Assembly (NCBI GenBank): GCA_016748015.1
Contig: JAAOMT010000226.1
Span: 124,001-188,000 of the forward strand
Direction of reading: 5' to 3'
Length of the DNA stretch: 64,000 nt
DNA from: Geosiphon pyriformis uo1
Lineage: Eukaryota > Fungi > Glomeromycota
Below are positions 22,342 through 35,429 of the stretch, piece by piece. Position numbers and translations under genes: made by a program. The notes beneath the pieces were generated by a model, which saw only the letters and a program-made list of their open reading frames with translations, was not told the DNA's origin and did no database searches. Numbering within the stretch: position 1 is the first letter of the stretch; each line of letters starts with the position of its first letter.

Positions 22342-25300
22342 ATGCTTCAAACAAATTTGTTCATTGGATTCAAAGATTTGTTGGATAGTAGTGGGTTTTG
22401 AGCAAATGTAAATTTCGTGATGTTCTCCAAAAGGTGAAATAGTAACTGGTTGTGAAAGTTGAAGAATCTGGTGAGATTCATTTTGTATATTAAGGGCTAT
22501 GTTTACTGGAACTGTAAATCTCTAGTTGAACCAAAACCTTGCATTCCTCTTTCACTTTTTCCCAATTGTTCTTTATTGTTAACTGATTGTAGACTTGAAA
22601 TATTAATTAAGGGTAGGTAAATTGCTTGAGCAATTTTTTCAGCATGTTCAATCTTAAATGATTTGTCTGTTTCATTCTGCAACATGATAGTGATGTCTCT
22701 AGTGTATCCTGTATCTATAACTCCTCCTCTAATATTGATTCTTTTGCTTGCCAATGATGATCTGGAGGCAATTTGAACCATTGCTCCTGGTGGTATTTCA
22801 AGAGCAATTTTGAGATTGATTTTTGTCAAGGACTTTGGTTGGAAAACCAAAGTATCTTTTCCTGGATATCTTAGGTCATATCCAGCATTAATTTCGTGTG
22901 CTTTTTCTGGTCTGATTCCTTGGCCATAGTTGTCGAAATATTTAAGTTGTAAAGGTGGTTGCTTTTTAAGAAGATAGATAAGGATGGTTGGTATTCTTTA
23001 AAAATTTCTTGTTCTGTTTCCTCAGCCCAATTGGATGTTAATCCAAGTGCCATGTAGATTTCAGTAAGTGGCATTTCTTTCTCCTCTTCAAATTCAAATA
23101 CTGGGGCTTTTTCTGATTGTTTGTTGAAAGTACTACAAGTAGCAGGTACTATAGTGTGTTGTTCTTGGTATGAGATTTTTAATTCCTGAGTTTCCCAGTC
23201 CAAGTTTGCATTGGCTTTAAGAAGCCAATTATTTTTAACCAGAGCTTGGTATTGGGGTGCATCCATGACTAGCACTTTGACTGGAATAGTAATTCCATCA
23301 ATGGTGAATGATAAATTGTCAATTTCTCCTACTGGTGTCTTCTTCATATCATCTGCTGTAACAATTACAGTTTGGGCTGGTCTGTTAATAATTTTTTGAA
23401 GCTGTTGCATTAACTGGTAAGTGATAATACTTCCAGCTAATCCACTGTCTAGAATTAATTGGATGGGTTTTTCTTCAACTGTAGCTTCAGTATACATGGC
23501 AGTAATAGCTTTTTGTTCATTAGCTGCTACATTACTAAGTAAGAATGGTGATTCATTTACTTCAAATTCGAATGGAAATATATCTGAAAGGTTGGCGTTT
23601 TGAGCAATTTGAGCTGGTAGAATGGTATGATTGGAAGGGTTTGTTCTTGGTACTGCAGTTTTACCTTCAGAAAGTACAGTTTGTTGAAAATTCGATTCTT
23701 CAGTCATTGTTAAATAACTGGGTTGAGTGTAAAAGTAATTTGGTTTTTGCTGACCAGAATTTTGGGGAACTAATTGGTTATTTGGGTTGATTCTATTGTT
23801 GTTATTCTGAAATTGATTTTGAGATGTAAATTGGTTATGTTGAACCAATCTTCTTGCTGGTACTTGATATTGTTGAAAGAGTTGTGTCTGATATTGCTGA
23901 ATTGGTAAAGGTTGCTGATATTGTTGCTGTATTGGTTGTAGAGCTGGTTAATAGTAATTGTTTTGATTTTGGGGTCTTGGTGAATAATAAGTTGGTGGTG
24001 GAGGTTGGTAATAAGATTGTTGTGGTGAAGAATAACATTAATTACTCCTATTTTGTTGGTCTCTTTGTAATTTCCTACAATTTCGTTTCCAGTGTCCTGG
24101 AATTCCACAATAATAACAATTTTGAGATTGGTTGTTGGATGGTAATCCAAAATTGTTTTGGTTGTGTTTTTGTGGGGGTTGATATCTTTGTGGTTGTTGT
24201 TGCTGTTGTTGTTGGTTTGTGAAGTAGCTTTCAACCTTCTTTGTGAGTTGGTCTATCTTTTCTTCAGCTGCTGAACTGGTTTCTCTAATAGTTAGGTTGA
24301 CAAGTTTGGTGTGGTTTGCTTCTTCCATAGCCATTTCATAGTTCTTTACATATCTGATGGCAGTTGCTAAGTCTGCTGGAGCATGTGAGTGGACTTTCTT
24401 AATCAGTTTGTCTTTTAACCCTGCTATAAATTGGTCCAGGATCTGAGCATCAAAATAATAATTATTGGTTTCCAATTGTCGAATCCATCAAAGAAGTTTG
24501 TTGAATTTTCCAAGATAGGTCATGACAGTTTCAGATGTTTCTTGTTTGATATTGCAAAAGCAATTGCAAAGAGTAATAGAGGTGTTATTGTCAGTGAATT
24601 GTTGTAAGAAAGCATCTTTAAATGCTTGCCAGTTTTCAAATGGTTCTTCTAAGTTTTCAAACCATTTTCCTGCAGTTTTTTGGAGAAAATATGGAATTGC
24701 TTTGAGCATTCTTGCTGCATTCCAACCATTTGCATTTTTTGCTTTTTGAACTTTGTTAAGTCATTCTTGAGAACTGGTATTATTATCTTCACCAGTGAAT
24801 TTTGGAATCTTTGCAATGTAAGCAGTTGCCATTTACTCTTTGTTTTCTGTGGCTTTTTCTTGTTCTGATTCAGTTGCTTCACTTTCCAAATTTTCTGAAT
24901 GATCACTTTTGTTTTCCTGCAAGTATTCAATAATATTGGTGTTTGTTGATATGGGTTCCTGTTGTTGAGTAGGATTTCTAGGTGACTGAAAATCTTCTGG
25001 TCTGGAGAAATGGTTAAGTGGTAAATTTGGTGTTTGTGGTCAAGCAAGCGAAATTGAAAATGGTGTAATAGAAAGTGGTAATTTGACACTGGTTCTTTGT
25101 TCAGGTGTTTACAAGTGTTTGGCAGTTGTTTTTGATAGTATTGAAGTGTTTAAAGTGGTTTTTGCATGTTGTTTCACTTTTTGTTTGCCTTTGTTGCTTG
25201 TTTCTGTTTCTGATTCAAAGTCAAGAGAGTATTTAGACTGTACTGGGTATTTTTCTTCACAATACTTAATAATGTTGTAATTGAGTTCTTGAAAGTAGGT

Positions 25301-25549
25301 GGCAAGTGTTTCACTGTTAAGATCTTCAGTTTCCAATCGTGAATAGTACACTAGATTATTTTAGAGATTGCTTCTCACTTCTAAAATGTTGTAATTTCCA
25401 AGAAGATAATTGTTGATATGGTTTTCAATGTATTGGTAGAGTGTTCTTTTAACAATTTCAATTCCGTCTGGGATGTTGAATCTCTGTCTGCAATGGGTGT
25501 AAATTGACTGATAATACTCTAGAGTTGTTGTGTTTGGTGTGGTCACCAC
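22342..25549 (-). pseudogene. B gag-protease-dUTPase
   Basis: CYYCGIPGHWKRNC knuckle; LILDSGLAGS; AGYDLRYP..ASRSSLA..GGVIDTGY..IAQ..RGMQGFGST. Confidence 0.9.
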
Positions 25550-25595
25550 TTTGAAGTTTGTTGTTGCTGTGTTATTTCCGTGAAAGAGCACCAAA

Positions 25596-26587
25596 TATTA
25601 CCAGAGGTTTTTGGTCTCTTTTTTTGAATGTTGTTAATATTGATTTGCTGTGAATTCACATTTCCAGGAAGTAGTTGGATCTCCAGTAACTGAATTTATC
25701 TTCAAATTATCTCCTATAATTTGAACTACTGGGCTTATAAGTGGAATGGCCAATTCCTTGCCAGTTACTTTATGTAGTTATGTTGTAGTAAATGTCAACT
25801 CTTTCTCAGGAATTTCTTGTCTGGAAGCTCACTAAAAATGTGTAGTTACTTTGCTGTGAAAGTTAACTCTTTTACAGAAATCTTGTTTGTAGGCTACCCT
25901 AATAATTATAATAAGAAAATAAAAGAAATGTAAAAGAAATATAAAAGAAATTGAATTCTGTAAAAGGAAACGTTTTCTATTCAGGCCTGGAGTCACTAAC
26001 AGTTTACTGAAATTGGTAGCTAATCAATTTCAAAATGTTAATTGTGTTTTGGAGGTTTTTCAAGTGCAATAATTTAAAGAATTTGGTTTTTCGAATTATT
26101 TGATATTTTATTTTATTTTTTGTGTGTAGGAATAGTTCTAAGTGATAAATCTAAAGTAAGATATATTTTCTTGAAGAGAAAAGCTCTTCTTTTATATAAC
26201 TTGTTGTAGTACTAGTCTATGAACTTGCACTTTTTCTCTTTGCTCAAATTTTGGCAAACTAAAGATACATTTTAATGAACTACAAGTTATTTCACTGAAC
26301 TATTCATAATTTCGGCAAATTTTTATAAATTTTGGCGAATTTCTTATAAATTCAGTGAATTTCTGTAAATTTTGGTGAATTTTAGAATGTTACAAAGTTT
26401 AGGGTATTGTATAATTTGATCATCTTACTTTCTGTCATACTAATTGGATTATTTAATTGAATTGTGATATGTGATAATTGATTAAATAATAAGTAATAAT
26501 TTGAAATGATATTAATATACTAATTAATTTATAGAAATTATAAGGGTAATTTCATGCTAATTAATAGCTAAAATTCTACTGGTAACA
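25596..26587 (-). repeat. 5' LTR of B
   Basis: Colinear with 7203-8204; PBS adjacent. Confidence 0.93.
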
Positions 26588-29271
26588 ATGTGTGTGTTGA
26601 CTGTTATTGTCCAGTCTAGTATGGCGTTGGTTTTAGATAACCAGTCATTCCCTATTAATGTCTGATATTGGGTTGCTTCTATCACTAGGACTTTGATGGA
26701 AATGATGATGCCATTGACTTCAAAAGGGAAGTCATCAATCTCATCAATGGGAGTTTTGGTTGTTCCATTGGCGGTTATAATTTTGGCACTGGCAGCACAA
26801 TCAACTCGGCAACCTAATTGGTCTATTAATTGTTTTATAATGATGCTGCCAGCTAATCCACTGTCTAGAATCAGTTTAATGGAGTGGCCATCAACTTTGG
26901 TATCAGTGTACATGGCAGTAATAGGTTTTTCTTCTAGAGCGGCTCCACTAAATAATGGTGTGGTTGATGGTTCTTCGAGTTCAAACAGGAAAATGGCATC
27001 CAGTGATTCATTCTTGGTGATAGTAGCTAGTAGAATGTTGCTGGTAAGTGTTGAGTATTGGTTGGTTTCTGGGTTATTGGGTTGAGCATCTTCTAAGATA
27101 ACCAGTAAACTTAAATAGTTCTGGAAATTCAGATGTTGGGCATACTCAGTGCCCGAATTCCATTGTCGAGATTCTGCTGATTGTATGGAAAAACTGGGGA
27201 TTAGTTGGTAGACTATCATTGATGATCTCCAGCTTTATTGGGTCAATCTTGGCCTTTGGGTTCTGTTTTAAGGTAAGTTCTGTGGTGGTGTTTGAATTTG
27301 TTGGGGCTGATATATTACCTAAGACTGTGGCTGGTAAATGGGTTGTGGCTGTGGCTAATAAATTGCTAGTGTTGTCGGTTGATAAATTGGTGTTTGATAT
27401 ACTGGTGGTTGATAAGGTGACTGCTGCATTATAAGTAAGTAATTTTGATAATATGGCTCTGAGTTTGGTGGGTTATTCGAAATTTGAAACTGGCAATCTG
27501 GGTTTCAATATTGATTTCCCAATTGTTGGTTATTTAAGTGATGATGGCAATTGATTTGTAGGTGTTCTTGTTTACCACAAAAGTGGCAAACATGCATTTC
27601 TTGTTGCCACTGTTAATTGGTCGATGATAATGAACATAACTGATTCTGGAAACAGCATTAACAGGCTAGCAAACATCTTCATTACCATTAAACAAGGAGA
27701 AAATGAAGCAGTCACTACTTACTTAGGACACTTCTATAGGAATCTGCACCAAATTCAAGCCATTGATGCCAATTATTTCACAGTGGCCCAGATCCTAAAT
27801 CAGTTTATTTGCAGACTATGCAGCAGCATTCTGCAACATGTATGTCCAATGCATCCCGTCAATCTGCAAGCAGTCATTACAAATGCCAGAGATTTTGAAG
27901 CCACTGAATTAGAAGTTAACCACATCTAAGCCGTTAATCTAGTAATGAATGGATCATCTGAATTGGATTCCAAATTGAAACAATTTAGTGATTTCATCAA
28001 TCAGAAATTAGAGGGATACTTAGCTGACAATCGTGCAATTTATCAACCACCACAACAACGCAATAATTCTAAAAACATGAATCATTATTGTTGCTAAAGT
28101 ATTTTAAGAACTCAATTTTAAATGCATTAAAATCTTGGGGTTTGTTGACTAAGCTTTAATATCATGAATTAGTGGTATCTTGAAGAAAATATGAAATGGC
28201 TTGCATGGCTCTGGTGTCATTCCATCTATTAGTTGCTATGGCTTTTTCTACATCATTAAGCCATATTTGGACATCATTCTCTTTGCCGGTGAATTTCTTG
28301 AGTTTTGCTATTGGAGCATAGGCCATTGAATCCAAGTTTGGTTGTTGAAGTTGTTTTTATGGCTTTGAAAGTGGCTGTTGTGGTAGTTGAGATGGTTGAA
28401 GTGGCTTTTGTTGCTGTTCATCAATTGGTAAAGCTGGGAGTGGATTGATCACAATTACTGGAGGTAAGTGTTGTTAATTATTAATGTTGGGGTTTCAATC
28501 ATTCTAATTGTGCTGCATTTGAAAATTTGGAGTTTTAATTTCTGGATTTTCTGGAATCAGGTTCTGGTAAGTAAATTCTTGATCTTCAGATTCTTCTTTT
28601 TTTTTCTGTTTTTCTTTTAATTCTGTTAATTTTCAGGGAGTTGTGATTCTGAAATCTGGCTGTGGTAGTGGTGATTAGAATCCTGATGGCATTAGCAATT
28701 GTGATTTAAATCTTTCAAAGTAATTGCCATATGGTCCTAATAACTCTGCTTTTCATTGTTTACTTTGAAATAGAAAGCATCCAAAGGTTGATGTCATGTT
28801 TAATGTGGACGCGTTTGTTGATGAGATGTTGATGGCATTTCTGGGCATATAATAGTATGATGAATTGGTGAGTGATTCAACTCAGGTTTTTTTCCAATTG
28901 GGTGGTTGTATTTGTTTTGGTGTTACTCTTGAGGTTTGCAATCTTTTTTTGTCTTTATCTGCATAAGTGATAGGGAATTGTTGTTGTGTATATCTTTTAA
29001 TGGTTTGATTGATTTCCCTAATAATTGGTGCAAAACTGTAGTTTCTTGGTAAGCTGGTATGTTGAAATAATTCTGTATAGAAGTTTTCCCTTGCTGATTC
29101 AATGTTAACTGTTCCTCCTAAGCACTCTGTGATTTTATCATTGATGTAAAAGTTAAAGACTGATTCTGCTGAGAAATGATTATTGTTCAATTCTAATTGT
29201 TAACTGTACTGTTGAAATAAGAATTTGGTGAATCTTAAATGGTTTGTCCTTATGATTTCTGATTTTGCCAC
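26588..29271 (-). pseudogene. A gag-protease (with an internal inversion)
   Basis: LILDSGLAGS aspartic protease motif; CHFCGKQEH zinc knuckle; MAYAPIAKL capsid region; N-terminal AESVFNFY domain. Confidence 0.88.
27654..28083 (+). other. ~430-bp inversion inside A gag
   Basis: Gag segment SINRLANIFITIKQGENEAVTTYLG... reads on + while both flanks read on -. Confidence 0.85.
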
Positions 29272-29333
29272 TTTTGGATAATTGTTGATGGTGCTGGTTC
29301 TCTGTAGAATTATACTTTACAGGGAGCACCAAA

Positions 29334-30208
29334 TGTTACAAGTGATTATTTGGGGTTTCAAATCAAATAACAAACTCATAACTTGGTGCTCAGTATCTAT
29401 TTTGATGGCTAATAATAATAGTATTAGTATGTTGTCTTTATCTAAAGGTTTTAATTAAAAGTCTTTTATATAATAGACAGAGATTCAATGATGAAATAGT
29501 TGGTTGGTGAGTGGTGTTCCCAATTTCTGTTTTCAGCTTGGTGGCCAGTTTATTCTGGCAGTTGTGCCCTTCTAGTAAGCTATCTGTTAATATATATATA
29601 ATTTTATTCTTATTTCTGAGTCTTTTACCAGGCTATCCATAACGTTAATTACTTAGTGCTTTAATCCTTAACCAGTTAGTATACAATAAAAAAATCAAGA
29701 AAAAGAAAATAAAAAAAAGAAAATAAAAAAATGAGCCAAGGCAATGCACAAGTTAGAATCCGTCAATAGCCATGATCAAGAGCTATTGTTCCAGTGTGGT
29801 TAAGTATCAATTGCTATCAACATGAAGTGTTGATAGTAAAGAATGAGTGGAATGGTGAATAATTATTTATTAGTATTTGTAAATGGAAGGTTGCTTAGAT
29901 AAAATCTAAACTAAGAGGTCTCTAATGGGAGGATTTTGCTTTTTTACTTTTAACACTACTACTATATATACCTTATTAATATTCTACAAGATTGCTCACA
30001 TTCCCAAGCAATATGTTATGATTTTTTGAGCAATGCTCATATTGCTGAGCAATGTGCCCTAATTTTCTAATATTGCTTTATATTGCTAAGTAATGTGCTG
30101 TGTTTTCTGACATTGCTCTACATTGCTGAGCAATGTGTTCACATACTACATATTATTCATTTATTGGTCTACTATTTCCCTATATTTGTTTTTTTTTTAT
30201 AAATAACA
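29334..30208 (-). repeat. 5' LTR of A
   Basis: Followed on the minus strand by PBS TTTGGTGCTCCCTGT; 100 bp longer than the 3' LTR owing to extra CATTGCT..AGCAATG units. Confidence 0.93.
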
Positions 30209-30212
30209 ATGG

Positions 30213-30490
30213 TGTATAGTGCAAATGTTATCAGATAGTGTGGTTAGGATGCTTGGCATTGTTAACTCCCTTGCTGTTAGTTTTGGCTGTTGTAGATCTT
30301 GTCTTTTCTTTTCTAGGTTAGATTGTAATCCACATGTTATTATAGGTGTGTAATGTTGTCTTGTCTGGCCCGAGTGGCTAGCCACATATAGCAAGTACAT
30401 AAACTACATTTAGTTTGAGCCTCTTAGTATGGCTTTTTGTACTAGATAGTGGTTGGACTTCACTTGTTAAATGCATTTAATAATAATAAA
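30213..30490 (+). mobile_element. Continuation of the same LINE: ORF2 C-terminus, 3' UTR and (TAA)n tail
   Basis: Resumes after TSD ATGG as CIVQMLSDSVVRMLGIVNSLAVSFG...PHVIIGV*; ends TTTAATAATAATAAAA at ~30476-30491. Confidence 0.7.
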
Positions 30491-31715
30491 ATTTGGTTAT
30501 TTAAATGTATTTTAAGTTTTTTAAAACTATTAAAGCTGTTTTTGTTTATTAATTAATTTTAATAATAAAAAATAAGTTATTGTTTTTCATAATATATTTA
30601 ATACCAAACTAATTAATTTTTTTTGGTTATATAGTTTTAAGATTAATAATTTGGTTTTTAAGATTAATAGTCAAATTTATTTTATTTTTTAATTTTTTAA
30701 TATTAATTATTATTAATAATTTGCTATTATTATTTTTAAATTTAAAAAGCTTTTAATAAAATAATTATTAAAATTAATGTTTTATGCAAAAATTATATTT
30801 AATAAAAAATTTTTAAGTATTAATATTTTAATAGATATTAAAATTAAAATTATTTGGTTTTTAATTATAAAGTTTCTTATGGTTTTTAAAAACAGTTTAT
30901 TGAGTTTTTTATTATATTTAAAATTTTTTTTAATTAATTTATTAGCTTAAATTTTATGTTAAAGCTGTTGTTTTTCTGTTTAATTTTTTAAAAACTTTAT
31001 TAATATAAAATATAAATTAAAAATTGATTTTTTTAAAATTCAAATCACAAGATTTTTTAAGTTTAATTAAATTTATAATATTAAAAATTAGTTTTTTGGC
31101 TTTGTTAAAATTAATTCTTTTATAAATATTGAAAATTGTTTGTTTTTTAAAAGCTTAAATCAAGTATATTGTTAATTTAATTATTATTGTACTTAAAAAT
31201 TCCAATTAATTTAAAGTTAAAAATAAAGCTTAAATTATAAATACTCATAAATTTAGAAGTTTTAAATTAATTAATAATAATAATAATAAAATATAATATA
31301 TATTTTATGTTAAAAAATAAGATTAAGTTTAATAATTGAAAAATAATTGCAAGTATTTACTAAATACTTTGTTAAATTAAAACATTAAATATTTTTGATT
31401 TAAAAAATAAATAAGTATTTATTAACTTAAGTTTAAGTAATTAATCACATATAATAAATGTGTAAATCATACTTATAGTTTAACTTTTTTGGAGTTTTCA
31501 ATATAAGTTATAATAAAATTACACTTAATTAAAACATAATAAAAAACAATTAATAAATTTTAAAATTAATATAAGCAAATCCAATTTTTGAAAACTTTAG
31601 TTATTAATCAATTTATAATAAACTAAACTTTATTCTAATATATTTTAAAATTAAAATCCAAAATACTTGATCATTAAAACACAAAATTATAATATTTGTT
31701 TTTATTTTAATGAAG
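30491..31715. other. Extreme AT-rich tract, probably fully decayed repeat
   Basis: Very few G/C and no ORFs; switches abruptly to CpG-containing DNA near 31720. Confidence 0.55.
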
Positions 31716-32084
31716 ACAAACATCTCGTGATTTTAACTATTTCTTTTTGGTACAAGAACCTGTGTTTCAAACGAATAAAATCTGGAAATCACGGTTACCA
31801 CTGTATCCGAATACCATTTTAGAATATTGGCAAGGATCATTAAATTTGATCAACAACAATTAAACAGCAAACAAATTAAAGGTTAGCAATTCATAGGGAA
31901 CCTCATAGAATTGGATTTGATTCAAAACACTACCCAAAGCATCAAGATAAACAAGGAAAAAATACAGTTTTAAAACCCAGAGATAATAAAAAAGCTTGGA
32001 AGGATATTAGCCAACATGGGCTTTCTTTATGATCTGATCGTTGAAATCATGTCTAGATTATATTATGTTACTATTGATTACTTT

Positions 32085-35000
32085 TTAGGAGACAAGCGCG
32101 GGGCGTTTTTGTATCTCATGGTTTTCGGGTTGAGACTATTTTTATTGTGATAGAATACAGAAATAAGTATTCAAAGTTTGTTAATTAATGATTAAGAAGT
32201 TGATTTTTAAACAATTACCTCTTCGACTTTTCGTTTCCCAAGTATAGAATTGGGAGTACTTTGAAGTGATGATTGGGCATTTTCTTGATTCTGAAATATC
32301 ATCAATTTGATTCAGAGGTCAGAAAGTGCAGGGCTTTGGAATAAAAATATTTGGTGTATTGAATTGCATACCTTTACCACGTCAGCATAGCAGCTAGCAT
32401 GATATATAACACTATCAACTTCTATTGCATTCTTGAATATCCATTCATCATCAGGATCACTATAAAATTTCTTAAACTTTTCTTGACAAATTGGACAAGG
32501 TTTGCTGATTTTTTCCCAATCTAAAGGTACAATGACAGTTGACTCATTAACTTCATCCTTTGTTTGCGAAGTGTTGGTAGAATTCTTAGAAGAGGAGATA
32601 TTATCAAAATCAAAAAAAGCAGGTGTTTTGCTATTATTGGAGTCTGTTTCTCGAGAATAAATCCAATCCTGAAATCAATCATAAAATTGTAATGAATGAA
32701 TTTGGAATATGACCATGTTAAGAAAAGGAAAAATCTTCTATATATATCACCTCCTCGTTAACAAACCAACTCCTGCTTTGTGCTTTTTTTGCTTTATCTT
32801 TCATTCTTCTATTCTGTCGAAAATGCCAGTCTAAGTGAGTATCCATCTTAGACTTGCCCTCTTCTGTTTTTGCGTATCTAAATCCACATTGTTTGCATTG
32901 TAGAGGATATGCATCATAAAGCACCGAAACAGTTCCTTCACGTCTCCTATTACAGGTTGAGATTTAACCAGTTTATAACTTGCCGAGATATTTTAACTGA
33001 CTGGCTTTACCAACTTAATACATAGAAAATAAAAAACTTACTTTTGTACATCGCTGCTTGTAAGCTCAATTTTACCAATATCGCCAAGATGAGAAGATTT
33101 TGCCGGGACGTCTACTGTAGGTGGTGTAGATGTATTAGAAACGACACCCACACCATTATTACCATTATTACCAAGATTAAACCCAGCCATCGGATTGAGT
33201 ATATTTGGATTAGAACCTAACAATCCAAATTCCATTAAATTTCTAACCAAAGCATTGGGATCAGATACTAATGAAGTGATTGTTGGAGGAACAGGGGGCA
33301 CCATATTCAAAGATTGATTATAAGGGCTTGTCTGTGGAGCATTAAGAGTATTTGGTGGTTGAGCTATTAATGTGGATCCAATGGAAGCCGGAAGATTTGT
33401 AAATGGGGCAGGAGTAAGGTTTACACGGGTTGCTGTAATGGAGGGACTCATATTATAAGTCGCTATTTGTTGACGAAACTGTTGAATTTGATCGGGTGTC
33501 AACATTGTTACTTGCATGACTTCCAAAAGCTAATGATCGAGGAAATAATTTAATACAGAATGCGTATATCCCAAAATTTTACCAAAAAAACAAAATTAAT
33601 TTTAAAGGCTCACCTGTTGCAGCGCTTGAATTTGATTTTGGTTATTGAGATCTCCAGCATTTTGTAAAGCGTATTGTTGCCGTTGCAATAATATAGATCG
33701 ATATTCTTGCAATAGATGCGCTTGATCCGGCGGAGGTACGAATACTTGCTTTGGTTGCTGCAAAGGAAGGTGAGCAACAGGTGCCTCGGATGCATACTAA
33801 TGACCGTATAAAAGAACCCCAAAAGAAAAAACATCAATATCTAAAGAGACCCTGATTTCTAAACGTTGGGTGTCTTCTGCAGCGATCTCAGAAGGAAAAG
33901 CAATCAGTATTGCTCTTTAAAACAAGATTTGTAATATAAGGCTTTGCTTTGTTCATGGTTTTTTGTTTTTCAATTTTTTTTTACTTCTTTGATGTTTTCT
34001 TTTTTTTTTCTTATTTGATATATTTTTTTTCATTTTCATTTTGTTTTAATTTTTTTTTTGATTTGCTTATTTTATACATTGTCATTTTTTGAATTTTCAA
34101 TTCGACTCTTAGGTCGACATTATATAAGTTCATTTTAATACACGACCTTTCCAACCATATCAATCTGAAGACCCGCAATTTGCAAAAAAATGAAAACAAC
34201 CTCAGCCTATGGCTGTGCTCTTGGTATGTTCTCAAACCATTTTTAAACATATAATACATGGGAACATCGGTACGGCAAAACATAAGTTTTCGTAGATGTA
34301 TCCGCCCACCCACCCACCCACCCACGAGCAGTGGCCAAATGCTTACAAATAATTGTATTTCACATGAAAGACTAGAAATTGCAATGTACAAAGAATGATA
34401 AGATACTTACCAGCTGGGTTGAATAATATCCTTGGCGACTTGGTGGTGTTATGGTGAATGAGGAACCGCCATTGGTATAATGGCGGTTTTCAGGCCATTG
34501 ATTTTGAAGCTGTTGGACCTGCTGAGGTGATTGAACCGCTTGCTGCTGTGGTTGAGATTGATGCTGGTATTCGCTTATTGAAGTCTGATTTTGTTAAAGT
34601 TAAGATCATGAAAGCAGAAAAATTGAATTTATTATTGTTTGAGGAAATTGATAAACCTTACCATCCCAGCAAGAAAATTAGGATTTATATGAATATGTGT
34701 TCTTCCACTGTCTATCGATCCTCTGGATTGGTGGCGCATTTGTTGCTTAACTACAGCCCTTTCAATTGATCCAGTTACATCAGGCGGATAAACGGGACCA
34801 CCATTAGGTCCAACTTTCCAAGTTGCGAGTACACGCTCAAATTTTTGTTTTGTGGCATCATCGACCACATTATATGCATCGATAAAAGTATGCAATAGGT
34901 TGTGTGAAAAAAGTTGGATATATGTGCCACCCACGTTTTTGCTAATCGAATCTAACAAATAAAGTACTGGCAACTTTTGGGGCGGAGGGGACTACAAGAT

Positions 35001-35245
35001 GCGTATTTGTTTTTTTCAATATCTAGTGGCAGAAAGCGTCTTTTCTAGTACTTCTAAAAGGTAATAAAACTCACCCCCTTAATTTGATCTTCAATAGCTT
35101 GGACGATGGCACGCGCAACATGAACATTCTCTTGGGCGATAATAGTCAAGTTGGTGATGATCGGCTTGGAGTTAAAGGTTAGCTCTGATAGTTGGGCACG
35201 ATATTCAATACGAACTGCTTCCAAATCGGTCTCTGGATTGTTCAT
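32085..35245 (-). CDS. PCF11: Pcf11 cleavage/polyadenylation and termination factor, 653 aa. Exons 35245-35075, 34991-34662, 34584-34411, 33796-33614, 33529-33042, 32946-32751, 32668-32372, 32290-32219, 32135-32085
   Basis: CID motifs [13 protein letters not shown] and [12 protein letters not shown]; zinc finger QCKQCG...HLDWHFRQN; RSWF...DW Clp1-binding region; second finger CPIC...EW...YHASC. All introns are GT-AG and the spliced frame is open (1962 nt). Confidence 0.93.
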
Positions 35246-35421
35246 AGCTCAATAATTAAAGGCTATACAGAAGAAAAAAGCAAGAATCTAGTTAGTAGTT
35301 AATAGAAGTTTGGACATTCGTAGTCAGCTCAGAAATTTTTCTAGTATTTATTTCGACTATCACTGGTTCTTTAATTATAGGTTTCATCAAGCCTATCAGC
35401 CCTTGGCACTAGAACCTGTTG

Positions 35422-35429
35422 ATCACGTG
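35422..35429. promoter_or_regulatory. E-box ATCACGTG (bHLH/Cbf1-type site) ~180 bp upstream of the PCF11 ATG
   Basis: Motif match only; it retains its CpG at the edge of the AT desert. Confidence 0.35.

Larger units (their letters stand above)
7203..26587 (-). mobile_element. Ty3/gypsy element B (divergent subfamily), inserted in the protease C-terminus of A; hosts C
   Basis: LTRs 7203-8204 and 25596-26587; TSD ATAT (7199-7202) / ATGT (26588-26591); PBS TTTGGTGCTCTTTCAC; PPT GAGGAGGAGATTA. Confidence 0.93.
842..30208 (-). mobile_element. Ty3/gypsy LTR retrotransposon A, both LTRs present, degenerate; hosts B and C
   Basis: Matching LTRs 842-1616 and 29334-30208; TSD ATGG at 838-841 and 30209-30212; PBS next to 29333; PPT next to 1617; order gag-PR-dUT-RT-RH-IN. 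Confidence 0.95.

Noticed and set aside
22503-22890. Host DUT1 gene
   Set aside because: It is intronless, embedded in pol between LTRs, mutated, and repeated in five elements.
34011-34391. 126-aa ORF within PCF11
   Set aside because: It lies wholly in intron 3, has a low-complexity A-tract end and shows no homology cues.
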